A stretch of DNA of 64,000 bases from Hydrolagus colliei (lineage: Eukaryota). Every line of letters starts with the position of its first letter. Position 1 is the stretch's first letter. Both the position numbers and the translations under genes were made by a program. The stretch lies in assembly GCA_035084275.1 (NCBI GenBank), contig CM068759.1, positions 4,402,001-4,466,000 of the forward strand, written 5' to 3'. Positions 49,280-61,320 of the stretch are shown here, one piece after another. The notes under the pieces are model-generated. The model saw only the letters and a program-made list of their open reading frames with translations, did not search any database and was not told the origin of the DNA.

Positions 49280-50010
49280 CCCAGGTCAGTTTCAGAATCA
49301 CAAGATCAGTTTTGCTGAAGAAGGCCGTTTGACCCACCTAATCTCAACTTTCCAGGATACCCATCCCCTATCACAGCATCAAGTTGATTTTTTTTAAATG
49401 AGCTGATGACTGTTACCTTTCCGTTCAACCTGCTCTTGTCATTAATTATCCTTTGGTAACAAAGGAAAACTTCATGACGTCTGTCCTGAAATGACCCTTT
49501 GCAACTCTAAACCCATGCCCTCTTGTTCCATTGCCTCGATGCCTCCAAAAGTACTTTTCTGCATTTACTTTGTCAATCCCATTTATGGACACCTCTATAA
49601 GGTCCCCTTGAGTCGTCTTCTCTCAAGGCGGAAGAGTCCTAGCTTGTTTAATTTCTGTTCATCCCTCTCATGCTGTGAATCATCCTTGTTGCTTTTCTCA
49701 GCCCTCTCTCTGGGGAATGGACAGTTCCCTTGTATCGCAGTGACCAGAACTGTATCCAGTAGTACTCTAGGTGCACCTTGACGGGAGCATTATAGAAGCC
49801 GAGAATGACATCAAGAAATCTAAGGCATCTGGTTTAGCAATGTAGCTCAGCATACTGCTCGATTTGTGTATTGCTGCCTCCATTAATTTTGACATAAAAA
49901 GAGAAGCAACCAACACAGCGAGATCTCTTTCAGTTTCCACCTTGGCAAGTTCCATCCCATCCATGGAGAACTTGTGTTTCCTATTCTTACTTCCTATGTT
50001 ATTTCTTTAT
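49280..50010 (-). mobile_element. CR1 LINE 3' ~700-nt fragment
   Basis: ORF 49767-49964 ELAKVETERDLAVLV..AAIHKSSSMLSYI resembles CR1 ERDLGV..KAN.MLG.I; further HLEYYWIQFWS and RRRLKGDLIEV motifs on minus. Confidence 0.85.
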
Positions 50011-50542
50011 CTGAATAAAATTATAAAGTGGAACTTTCCCTTGAATTTCAATATCCATGAGGCTTGAATTTCAATATCCATGACAAGGAAGAGGCTAAAG
50101 GCGACCAGTAAGAATTCCCAGGTGGAAATGATGCAGCAACTGTGGGTGGTGGCTTGCTGAATACAAGTTTAAGCCTAATGTGTGCTTCACACTGGATTGA
50201 GATCTCATTTCATTCAGGGAGTCCAAAGGAATAAATAAGACAGCATCACACTTTTGCAGTCTGCCTGCTCCTTTAGCCTTTGACCAAGCAATATATCGGA
50301 GCAATACAGGGTCAGCTTTGCACTTCAAGAGATATAATGTCTATAATGTCCAAATGTATGTGCTTAGTATTGAGTCCAAAATTGCTGAATTTTTACCTCC
50401 AGACAATAGAATGTCGTCCCTCACGTTAATAACATCCCATACACAACAAGGGTAGATGGTCTGAGAATTGCAGTTGTTTTTTTTCAATGTTATCAACAAC
50501 ACACATTTTCATTTGGATTTAGAAAGGATTGGTGTGACTTAC

Positions 50543-50683
50543 CATGAGTCTTCTCTGTGAATAAGACCTTGGACTCGGGTGTAAAGTTTTGGCCATTCAG
50601 GATCATCTGTTGTCCCCCCATAACCAAACAGCTGTCAATGTTCTGCTTCTCCACCATTGGCAGTTCATGTGCTGATCTCTGAG
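50543..50683 (-). CDS. NFATC2: NFATC2 coding exon (equivalent to human exon 6), start of IPT domain
   Basis: 141 nt; long pyrimidine tract then gctgcAG|CT, donor CATG|GTAAG. Translates SQRSAHELPMVEKQNIDSCLVMGGQQMILNGQNFTPESKVLFTEKTH. QRSAHELPMVE and GGQQMIL are NFATC2-type. Confidence 0.97.
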
Positions 50684-52363
50684 CTGCAGCCAGGAAGCAG
50701 GAGAGAGAGGAGAGAGAAAGAGAAAAGATTAAAGCAATTGCAAGTTCGTAATTTTAAAGAGCAAGCAAAGTAATTTTTAAAGGGTCAGGTCATTTGTTTT
50801 GACTCGGGGAATTAAAGGTTCAATCGCATAGTGCTCATCATTCAGGCCAAATAGCTTTAGACCCTTAATGTGCATCCTCACCTCCAGTTATTGGGCACTC
50901 TGCTTATACTATTACTATTTCTAAAACATCGAAACATTTTGACGAATGTTCCCCAATTTTCTATCTTAATGAGAACGATTCAAGCAACAGTTAGAGTTAT
51001 TTGTGCACAAAAGTCCAAATTCATTATTTCTATACAGTTGTGCTGATCACGTTTGAACAAAAGTATGGCAAGGAATATATTTTTAATATTTAAACAGTGC
51101 AATTATCCTCCCCTTGCCCTTCTCCAGGTGATGGTGATCTGTCAAAGTCCTGACTTATGTTTGCATTTCCATTTCAGTAATGTGCTTCACTCAGCTCAGG
51201 TAATCAGGCTCGTCTAGACAACAAGAGAAACTCAAAATAGGAAAAGGTGCATCTGTTTCATGATCTGAAAATAATGTACTTGGATGAATGAAGGCTACAG
51301 AACTGTAAACATTGCATTTAAATAGAACAGAGTTGACAGTTCATTCAAGACTATTTCAGCACAAGACATTTTCTATGGAAGACAGATTGGAGAATACAAA
51401 CAGAGTTTGCCTCATGTTACAGCTAGATTTGACTACACATTGCCTTTCACAGAACACTTATAACGAAACATAATATTCACTGCTACTATGCAAGACCACA
51501 TGTTGTGTCCCTGCTTACTTCAACTTTTTGTTAGGAAGTTGGGTTAACTGTTATGATACTCTATATCAGAGCAGGAACCCATCGCATGTACTTCTGTAAG
51601 TCAGTATTAGAAAAGTTCCTCAAAGTTAGAAACATCTAGACCAATTGAACACAAGTTTCACAAGGAGAACAGTTTCAACTGAGATTTTATTCTGGTTGAA
51701 TAATTTTACTTGGGATAGTGTGATAGCTTCTATTCACTCTCTTAAATTGGATTTGCTAAATATCTTGTGTTAACCACATTTTACTACAGTAATGGAGGAA
51801 AGCACTTCGGCATGTAATATTAAAACTGCAGCCAATTGTTCTGCAATTCTTGTGTTGTATTTCATGATGTTTAAGATTGGGAGGCAGAAGATCATACCAC
51901 AGGTGTGAAAACTCTTACGGATGGTCTGACCACCTCAAAAACACTTTTAAACGTTCTTCCCATCAGGAAAGCTTATTTTAATTATAACAAGAGCATTTCT
52001 ACGCTTGCATTTAAATTAAAAAAGTTGATGAAACTCAGGTGTCGATAATTACAGAGGTATATATTTAAAGCTATCCCGCTGCATATCTATCTCCCTCGCG
52101 CTCTCTATCTCACCACTAGAATCCGCTCCTCTCTCTGGATATCTGCCCCCAAAATCTCCATAGCACACACTCCCTTCCTTTTTGAAAACCCTCTAACATC
52201 TTTGATCATAACTTCAATATATATCCTCAGCCCCCATCCCCCTCCTTGCTCAGTACAACATGGCTGTAAAGTGCTTCAAGACATTAGGAAAGACGACATG
52301 AAACATATTACATAAGTGAACGTTGCTGCATTGAATAGACATTTGAGTTCAAGGAAAACTTAC

Positions 52364-52536
52364 AGCATTCAATGGGATTGGAAGCAGCCTGGAGCGAGAC
52401 GAACATGCCATTGGGCTGAGGAATGTGTACACGGAAGACCAGCCTCACTCTGGTGTTCTTCCTGCCAATGTCAGTCTCCCCTTTCCTCAGTTCGATGTCT
52501 GCATTTCTCAGCTTGAGGATACCGGCACAGTCAATG
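52364..52536 (-). CDS. NFATC2: NFATC2 coding exon (equivalent to human exon 5), RHR
   Basis: 173 nt; acceptor tttgacAG|C, donor TGCT|GTAAG. Translates [58 protein letters not shown]. Absent from the ORF track; translated by hand. Confidence 0.97.
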
Positions 52537-53939
52537 CTGTCAAAGAAAAAAGTGCGAGGAATAATAATGGGAAATGGTGCACAATTTACTAAAATGGTTA
52601 CTTTATTTTGGCGTTAATTTTAAAAGTATAACCTATCTGGATAAATCCTAGTATCTCGAGCAAGATTTAATAAAGTCCCCAAATTTTAATATGCGTTCAC
52701 TGTGCATGACCTTCCCTTACTCAAATACATCTTATTGAACTGGTTGGTGATGGAAATGAGAAGAGATACTTTGTGTTCAACGGATCTCGCCTTGTTTCAT
52801 TCATCCTCAATGCTCGCATGTAATACATGCTCCACAGTGGACACAATGACAAGCTGTGTTGGTTCAGATCCAGCAGCACACCAATGTGCACTCTTCAGTT
52901 CTCAGAGTGGCTCCTTGTATCATTGGGCCTCATATTCTCCAGAATTAGGTTCGCAGGTGCACCTGACCTGGGAGCAAATGCACATTCTTATGTGGAAGTT
53001 TGCCTGATTTGAATTCTATTAGGCACGATTATGAGTTTGGGCCTGGATCAGAAATCGGCTTACACAGAAAATTCCTTCTAAAGAAAGCTATGTAAAAATA
53101 ACTGTATGAATAAATAGACTGGGCAATAACATCAAGCAAGCTACTTCAAGAAAGACTCCATTGTTCAGTCAACAGGAAACGTGCTTACCACACAGCAATT
53201 AAAACCAACTGTGGGGTTGTTCTAGGTACGATGTTTTACCTAAAGTAATGAACACGTTGTACGATCATGCTAGTAAACATTGCATTCTGAGTTCATAATC
53301 ATATTTATAATAGGAAATGGAAGTCCTTTGATGTTTAATGGAGCTCATTTTGTCCCTCATACGATAGTACAAAGTGGGCGTTAATCTCTTCTCTATAGAT
53401 TCTACCTTTCGATGCACACAAATACATGTCACAGACGGATGTGGGACTTTGGGGAAAAACACAGGAGGCCCTGAGAACATCAGATAACCCAAGTTGTGTC
53501 CATTGGTTGACTCCGATGGTGTTAATCACCAAAAAAAGTTTATGATTTCTCTGTAATTAGACTTTAGATTTCCATTGTGACAAGACACAGGATATGGACT
53601 CAATTGTTTCAATCTTTCTCTGCCACTTGGAGATTAGATTCAGATGTCGGTCTCAGTTTCTAAAAAAAATTCCCATCAGAAGAATATAAACATGGTTGCC
53701 AAGATATGAAATAATAGACAATAGAGTTAGATGAAGACAGATCTCAGTTACCAGATTTGAATTTTACCCCAATGTAAATACTCTGTTGGGAAAATTCTAC
53801 TTGATAAAAATTTACCCATCAACCCAAACATTATCTTTCCTACATTAGATAGATAGTTGGTGATGAGGGTTTTGGAGGATAACTCAGGTAAATGAGATTA
53901 AGGCAAGTGGCATGTCATAACAAAATATAGTAATGCAAC

Positions 53940-54150
53940 AGTCAGTTTATACACAGCAATGTCCCACAAACAGCCATGGAATGAATGACCAATTTTTTGG
54001 TGGGAGATTATTGGTCAGGTCACCAGAAGAAATTCCCTGTTCTTTTTGAATGGTGGCATGCGATCTTTAACATCCACCTAAACACACAGACAGGACCTCA
54101 GTTTGACATCTCATACGAGGGATGGTACCTACAACAATGCAACACAACTC
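53940..54150 (-). mobile_element. Deu-domain SINE core
   Basis: cacagcaatgtcccacaaacagc..gatctttaacatccacct..cagacaggacctcagtttgacatctcat. A CR1-like terminus (cataagaac repeats) follows at ~54207-54350. Confidence 0.75.
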
Positions 54151-56589
54151 CAGCAGCTCCAAATTCTAAGGAATTTAAGTGTCAATTTAGACTATATGAT
54201 TCCCTGCATAAGAACTTCAGAACATAAGAAATGGCAGACGAAAAATGACCAAGGTCCAAGGTCCTTCCTGACAGTCGCATGCACATATGTCCCAAACTAC
54301 CTATGTACTATATCCCATACTGTTTTTCCTAAAATCAATTCTAATCTGTTTGAAAGTACCAACACGAGATGAGAGCGCTACTGATCCAGGCTGACACACA
54401 GGTAAAACAGAACATCTGCCATTCCATCATCCCCACTATGTAGTCTGAGTATTCCATGCGGACAGCACTCCTCATTCGTCACTTACCAGAAAAGCTCACA
54501 GAGATCGACTGGTTTAGCGTAACTGCCAGAAAAATAGCCCGTCAAATCCAAACTTTTTGAACATCTAAACGATGTCACAAAAATAGCATTAAAAAGCCCA
54601 GAAATATTTACTGACTTAACTGAGCTCAGATTAAAATAGGTTTCAATGAATTAAAGAAAAACATACATAGATTACTATCGCCATTGCATATTTTTCTTCT
54701 TTGATCATATTTTGCTGAAATCTGCTTTGTGGCTCATGCAGCCTAGCCTGACTGTGCAGAAATGACTGAGCTTCCATGTCAAAATTGTTGCAGATTTTGC
54801 AGTTATTTTTCTTCTCTTTTTCTTGATTTTAAAAAAATCGAAGTTAAACTCCGAAAAATGTAACCCAGGATAAAGAGAGTTCTTCGCTTGTTAGGCTGAC
54901 TGAGTAGATCACTAGAAACATGTGGTACAGCAGCCTCACATGGCGAAATGGTTGGGATCAGGAGGGGTGGAGGGTCGGGAGGGTATGGGTAACAGGTGAC
55001 CAAAGGTATGTTTGAGGAGGAAATACACATCATACTCTGAGCCAAAGCTTATTCAGATACATCAAGCAGGAAAATTCCTATCTTTCCACCTTTTGCCATG
55101 TTCTGATCTGGCGTATACTTGAGTTGCAGGACACTTGCTTAATACTGTACTTCAAACCCATTCACACATGGTACAGAGGAATATGATTGTGATGTGGCTG
55201 GTTGGATCATATCACTCAGCGGGGATTATTGGGTCACTTCCAGTAATCTACACTCTACAACTACATGCTACGTACAAGATGTGAAAAATCCCATTGTACT
55301 GGGAAAAAAACATCCAAGAATTTTAATGTTCTATCATGAGTACACACACCAGTTGCTCAAATTATAGAGCAAGGATTCACTCTACTCCAATCTTCCACTA
55401 CTTTGATGCCTTTATCTATATTATGTTTTTTTTAAGTTGCAATCTGCAGGTCTCCTCGATACAACTATTGCAGCAGAAAAGACGTGATTCAGATTGCAAT
55501 AGGAGCCAAAAATAAACTGTCACCCTGCAGGGAATTAGCTCCCCACAATCATCGGTTTCTAAATCTTCTAAAATGAATCACTGACAGATTGGAAATGAAT
55601 TTCTCTTTTCTACTTTCTGTTCACTGTATGATTCTATATTCAGTGTACAAAAGAGATTTGGCCATGGAAGTCCTTTGGTTCAAGGGAAAGCAATAGAGTT
55701 CAGGTTATTTGTTGAACATTGTGAAGTTACATTGATATTTAATCAATGTAACTTGCCTGTATCCTTTTGCTCAAATGACTTTCCCTTTGGTAACTGTTTG
55801 CCAAGCTAGTGGATGGGTTACGCATACTGTGTGTTTTTTTTTATTAGTCATTGCAAGTGATGCAATCTAGTCATTTGGAAATACGTCTGCTCTTAACAGA
55901 TATTCTTTCACAAGATTACTTCACTTTATTCTGCACACAAAAAACAATTTACAGCCATAAGCAAAGGTGAAGTGGTGGCTGGGTGCAAATGGAAGAAAAT
56001 TGCATTCCTTTACATAAGAAAAGAGTGTTTCACTTCCCAGACAGGACAGTACTGAGGTAGTAATCAGTGTGTGGGAAAGATAAGGGTTGCTCATGTCAGC
56101 TTTCAAATGCTATCGTTTACACCTTACTCAAATTATACAGAAATATTTCAGACTATTGCACATCCTTCTGGTTTTTTTTTACCTGATGACAACTGTCCAA
56201 GCCAAAAATTACCCGATTTCAGAAAAAGCTCTTATCTTACGGCAGTTTTTCCGCTTAATCAAAGAAAATTCTAATGGCATTCTCGCTGGCGTAGGCCAAC
56301 TTACCTTGAAAACCAGAGCAAGTTTGGGAGCTGCTGATTTTTTATTTTGAGAACAGAGTGGAGGAGTGGAGCAAACTATTTGGTGGAACAGGTGCAGGCG
56401 AATCATGTTAGACCCTGAATGGATTCCAGTAGGACAACAACAAAATTACATTTGTAAAATGTAATACATTTGTAAAATTTGTGAAATTAAATTTCATGTC
56501 AAGAGGATGGAGGACGCTTCCCAAGGACTCCTCCAGCTGACAAAACTGAAACAGCTAGAATCTTGCCCTCACTACTTCCTTACTGTGTT

Positions 56590-56883
56590 TACCTCCATTT
56601 AGTGGGCCTGGTCTGGTCCACGTCCCCCCAGCCCGTGACCCAGCCTACTATCGGTGGCTGGGCTTTCAGCCTCTCTGCCCCCACACTCTGGAACTCCATC
56701 CCCACAGTCCCGTTGCCTTGCTTCCTCCCTTGTCTCCTTCAAAGCTGGTCTCAAGATCCCATTCTTCAATCATGCCTTCTGCCACCTTCCTAGCTCTCTA
56801 CCTCCCCTCCCCCACACCCTGCCCTTCCGCCTTGCTCAGGTCCTGACCCTGACTGTTCAGTGTCTGGGACGTCCTCCTGATGT
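56590..56883 (+). mobile_element. L2 LINE 3' fragment
   Basis: TIGGWAFSLSAPTLWNSIP and SFKAGLKIPFFNHAF in ORFs 56563 and 56654. An opposite-strand L2 terminus lies at 56434-56527. Confidence 0.88.
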
Positions 56884-59559
56884 CCCAGGATATCCTCAAC
56901 TCCATCACAGAATACTATCAACTGTCGTGATAGGGTGAGATCTTGCAGCCAACACAACCTGAGGGCTTTTCAACTTGACACCACCAATTTATTGCCACTC
57001 ATCTGGTAGAATTTTCACTTTACATGGTGCATGTTTGGATGTTAGATGAATTGTGAATTTTAACTCTACCGTTGAAACCTTGCAGTTGGGATAATAAAAA
57101 CAGAAAGAGGTTGAGCACTTGTACCCTTGAGACTGGCTGCAGTTTAAAGGCAAGTTTAAAGGCAAGCAGCCCTGCTGCCACGTCGCTGTGTTGTGGCTGT
57201 ATTGGGTTGCAACTCATTGGCCTGTGTTCTTGCTGACAGAAGCTAAAGCCCGCTACAGTGCCACAAAGCACTTTAATTAAAGGGATTTTAATCTGTTTGA
57301 CTGTCTAAAATAGCATTCGTAATCATAGCATTTTGGCATTGATAACAAAGGCAATCTACAAATCTCTTCCTCTAACAATCCACCCTTCTTGAAATCTGCC
57401 ACTTGGCAATCACTCTGCAGTCTTCAGCTCTGAAACAGCCCGATACAGACTTTTCCAGGCAGAATAAATCAAACGCTTCAACTTGCCAAATTGAAAAGAA
57501 AACCATCAACATTTACAACACTTTTAGCCACCTACCCCCTTACCCCCAATTTCTCTACCACTTTGGGTTCCCATTCAGTCTTAGCAAACTGTTTTGAGAC
57601 TTTCACCCTATTTCAAAGGTGCATCCATTTTCGACATTGCTCATGCAACCTAGGATCTGACTTTGATTTGAAGGAGATAACAGAAATTAACCCGTGCAAC
57701 TTAATTCTTGAAACGCCCCCAAAACTGCTGCGTAGTTTGTTTTCAAATTAGTGAATATAAAAGACTCCTACTTCTGAATGACAGTGTAAGTCAACACTGT
57801 TCCAAGTTCTATCACTGCAATTGTGGGTCAGGAAATGGCCAATTCAAAGCTACTGTTCACACCATAGGATAGGCAATTACAAACCGCGTTACCTTGAGCA
57901 TGGAAAACTAAAGGTCTATAATTTTATTAACACCATTGCAAAGAGGTCTCAACCTGTTTAGCCTGTGTTAACTGGATTCGATTGTAGATTTTCTCATACA
58001 TAGAAGGCAGTAAAAGAGCATTTTTTAAAAACTTGCACTTATACACCACCTTTTGTTTGAAGTAATGTTTTGGAGAGCTTCACAAGTGTGGAAGGTGCTA
58101 TGTAATAATCCATAACTAACTGTAATATTATTTTGCTGTTAGTGGAACACAAAAAAACCCTACAAATGTGCTCAATATCTACTCTGCAGCAATGCCGGTA
58201 GCTGAACGTGGGAGCAGATATCCTGTAAATCATTTAATTCTGACTTTAGGTCAAAGGCAGTGGTGATAACAAAATGTTTTATTTTGTTTACTGGCAGCTA
58301 TCTACAGTAGCTTTCATTTGGTACACCTACCCCAGCAGGTGTTTAGGATTTGCTGAAACAAATAGCAGGTCATCACGCTTTATATTGTTGTCTTTAATAA
58401 TCTTACTTCAATATGATAAGCAGCTGGTACACTGCCAGAATCAGCTATAATGTATGATTGTGGACAAGCAAACTGACCAAGTCTACAGATGTGTTGCAAT
58501 ATTAAGCACTCAGCTAGTTCATCATTTGATCCATTAATCAAAAAAATCCATTATTCACATGTAGTGGGAATAATGTAATGGGAGCTAATAACTCAACCTA
58601 TAATCACAGTTCACGTAAATAGTTACTCGCATTATCAACCACAACACTTTGCACATTACTCGCTTAACATGAAGAAGTATCAGGCAAACCTGCATGAGCC
58701 CAGACTTTAGCATCAGATTGAAGAAAAGCCTGACCCCAGGATCTGGATTCTAACGACTTGGCTCTGAATCAGGAATCCTGTCTGGCTTGGAGATCTAACA
58801 GATTTCAGTTGGAGCTCAAATGGACTCCATAGCTCCAAATTGCCGTCCTCAGCAATGTCTTCACCGTTGAGAGTTTGACGCTGATAGTAATTGACACTTC
58901 AACATACATGCCAAAGGGAGTTTCATTATTCCTCAGCTCTTTGATGCTGTGTTTGTACCCACTGGCGAAGAACTCCTCGAGCGGTTTGAGCAATGTGAAA
59001 CGCACAGCAGATATATACTTCACATTACATTTGGTACTAAAGAGCTAAAATAGGATTTGAGAATTCTACACACGTGCAATCATCACCATGACATTAAAAA
59101 TCATCGCTTGAACATTCTTGCATTTTCTATTGGACAACACAAGAGCACTTAAGATTTGGAGCTTTAAACACAATAGAGTGTAGCAGTATTACACCAGTGT
59201 GTATGTTGTCATTTCCTTATTCTTTCTCTGTCTGAGTTTACCAATGAAAGGCCTGCATCACCTCGTTCGTGGTTTTAGCCTTAAAATGGTAAATGGCACA
59301 ACATTCTTAAATTTAGTCCTGATTTGGAAGCAGGTCGACTAAAGGTTTGGGGGTTTTCTGGGGTTCATTTTGGATGTTATTATGCATTCCTACCAGTAAC
59401 CAGATTGGAACTGCCCAAATCTATTTCATGTTGGGACTTAGATGACGGAATTAGGAAGCAAGAAAACATTCATCTAACCTATTGCACACTGATACACATC
59501 TATTTGGTAGCATGCCAATGAATTTATACTCCTTCAAAGCAACATATTTTGGTATAGTA

Positions 59560-59938
59560 AACAACAAAATTACATATCCTCCCCTTCCACGTTGGGAGGA
59601 TGTCCCAAGGCACTGAACAGACAGATCGGGACCCAAGCAAGGGAGAGGGGCAGGGTAGGGGGGAGGGGCGGAAGAGAGTTAAGAGGTGAGGAAGAGAATT
59701 GGGAGGGCAGCAGAAGGCCCGATCAAAGAGGAGGGTCTTAAGACTGGCCTTGAAGGAGGCAAGAGAGAAAACGAGGTGAAGGGACTGTGGGATGGAGTTC
59801 TAGAGAGTGGGGGCAGAGAGGCTGGTAAGGCAGTCAGGAGGGGGATATGGAGCAGACCGGAGACCGCTGAATGGAGGGGCAGGCAGGTTCATAGGGGGAC
59901 AGCAAGTCAGAGAGATAGAAGTGGGCAAGGCCGTGAAG
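59560..59938 (-). mobile_element. L2 LINE 3' fragment abutting the NFATC2 splice donor
   Basis: Minus strand LHGLAHFYLSDLLSPYEP..SFKASLKTLLFDRAF, then the terminus with a gtaattttgttgt tail. Confidence 0.88.
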
Positions 59939-59955
59939 AAACAAAGTTTTCTTAC

Positions 59956-60158
59956 ATTGCTCTCATGTTGTTCTCTGGCAGGAGTGGAATCTCTAGCACC
60001 TTGGTGTTTCCGCAGATTTTCTCATAGCTGGTGGTCGAAACGGTCTTCCCGGTGATACGGTGGACTTGGTAGAAGGCGTGTGGGCGTAATAGCCGGTCGT
60101 CCGCTGTTCCGATAAAAATCTGCAGGCTGAGGGGCTTGTTGTCCACGTAACCATGGAG
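59956..60158 (-). CDS. NFATC2: NFATC2 coding exon (equivalent to human exon 4), Rel homology DNA-binding region
   Basis: 203 nt; acceptor ttgtttgccAG|CTC, donor GCAAT|GTAAG. Translates [67 protein letters not shown], the NFAT RHR signature. Upstream exons are not seen in the window. Confidence 0.97.
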
Positions 60159-61099
60159 CTGGCAAACAACAAAACAACTTATATTGAGGCTCTCGAGGAA
60201 CATTAAATCATTTTGGGATACTTCTCATGAGGGTGAGGAAAGACCGCGAGAACTTTGAATCACGGTTCAATAAGCACTCCCAAGTTCATTATCGCTTTTA
60301 AACAACGGGACCTTTCTTCGAATTAGCTTATAAGGCCTTCAACACTCACTGAGTTCTTCTTCATCAATTTGTCTTACCCCACCACCACCCACCCACCCAC
60401 CCACAAGTCGTTTGGCTCCCTTCCTCCTTCAACTGGCTCTATCATTCCATCGGCGCTAGCTGCACTCTGGGATCTCATCCATGATGTCATTATTCACACG
60501 TCAAAGAGCTGGTTGACCTCAGCCGACTCGGCTGTGTCAGTGAATTGAGTGCCTCACTTTTGTTTTGGAGAAGAGAAAAAATGTCGGCCAGGCTCCAGCT
60601 TCTGATGCAAACATGTCTGCTGGAAGGCGGATTTGTGGGGATATTGGGTAAAGACAAAATCAGGCTTGGCTTTGGACACATAACGTTTAAAAGCGAGGGC
60701 ACAATTGAAGTTTAGTCAGCACAACCCTCCAGCGAGCAACCCTCCGAAAAAATCATGAGGCAGGTCTCGCACATATATATCGCTATAAATCATCACTGAT
60801 AACAAGCATCAGTATCATGTGTATCAAATTTCACAGAGTTATCGCTGTCATAAGACTCTGCGCATTGAAACTATAAAGTTACATTGAAGACTGTCCAGCA
60901 ACCTTGTAAGTTTGATGAGGATTCAGACGCAGTGAATCCTCTCTGTTACTTTCAAATCTTCCCCTCTGTTAATCACTTCAACATCAGGTCTGAGATAGGC
61001 AGCAGTAATCGCTCAAGTTTCAATGTTACTACCGCAAGATGTCTTTCATAAAGGCCTGTGATAAGGCCCCCATTTGATAATTGCCTCACCCCGCCTCTT

Positions 61100-61320
61100 T
61101 TCACCTCAGACTTTAATGTGTTGCTGAGGAGCAGTGATATCTGCACTAATATCTCACTAATAGCACTAAAATCTCACGGCTGTTTGTAGGGCATTTGCTG
61201 TGCACAAATTATCTGCTACATTTGCCTGCACAACACTGAACAATAAGATCTCGTGAAGCACTTTGAGGCAGTCTCAGGATGTGTGAAAGATGCTGTATCA
61301 GACACAAGTATTATTATATT
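61100..61320 (+). mobile_element. Deu-domain SINE 3' half, old
   Basis: gctgtttgtagggcatttgctgtgcacaaatt..gtgaagcactttgag..gtgaaagatgctgtat..aagtattatt. Confidence 0.65.

Noticed and set aside
52702-53007. ORF containing SSQSGS, as in the upstream NFATC2 exon
   Set aside because: Wrong strand and position, and no surrounding similarity; coincidence.
60159-60203. N-terminal [15 protein letters not shown] of ORF 59952-60203
   Set aside because: Intronic pyrimidine tract upstream of the acceptor; not coding.
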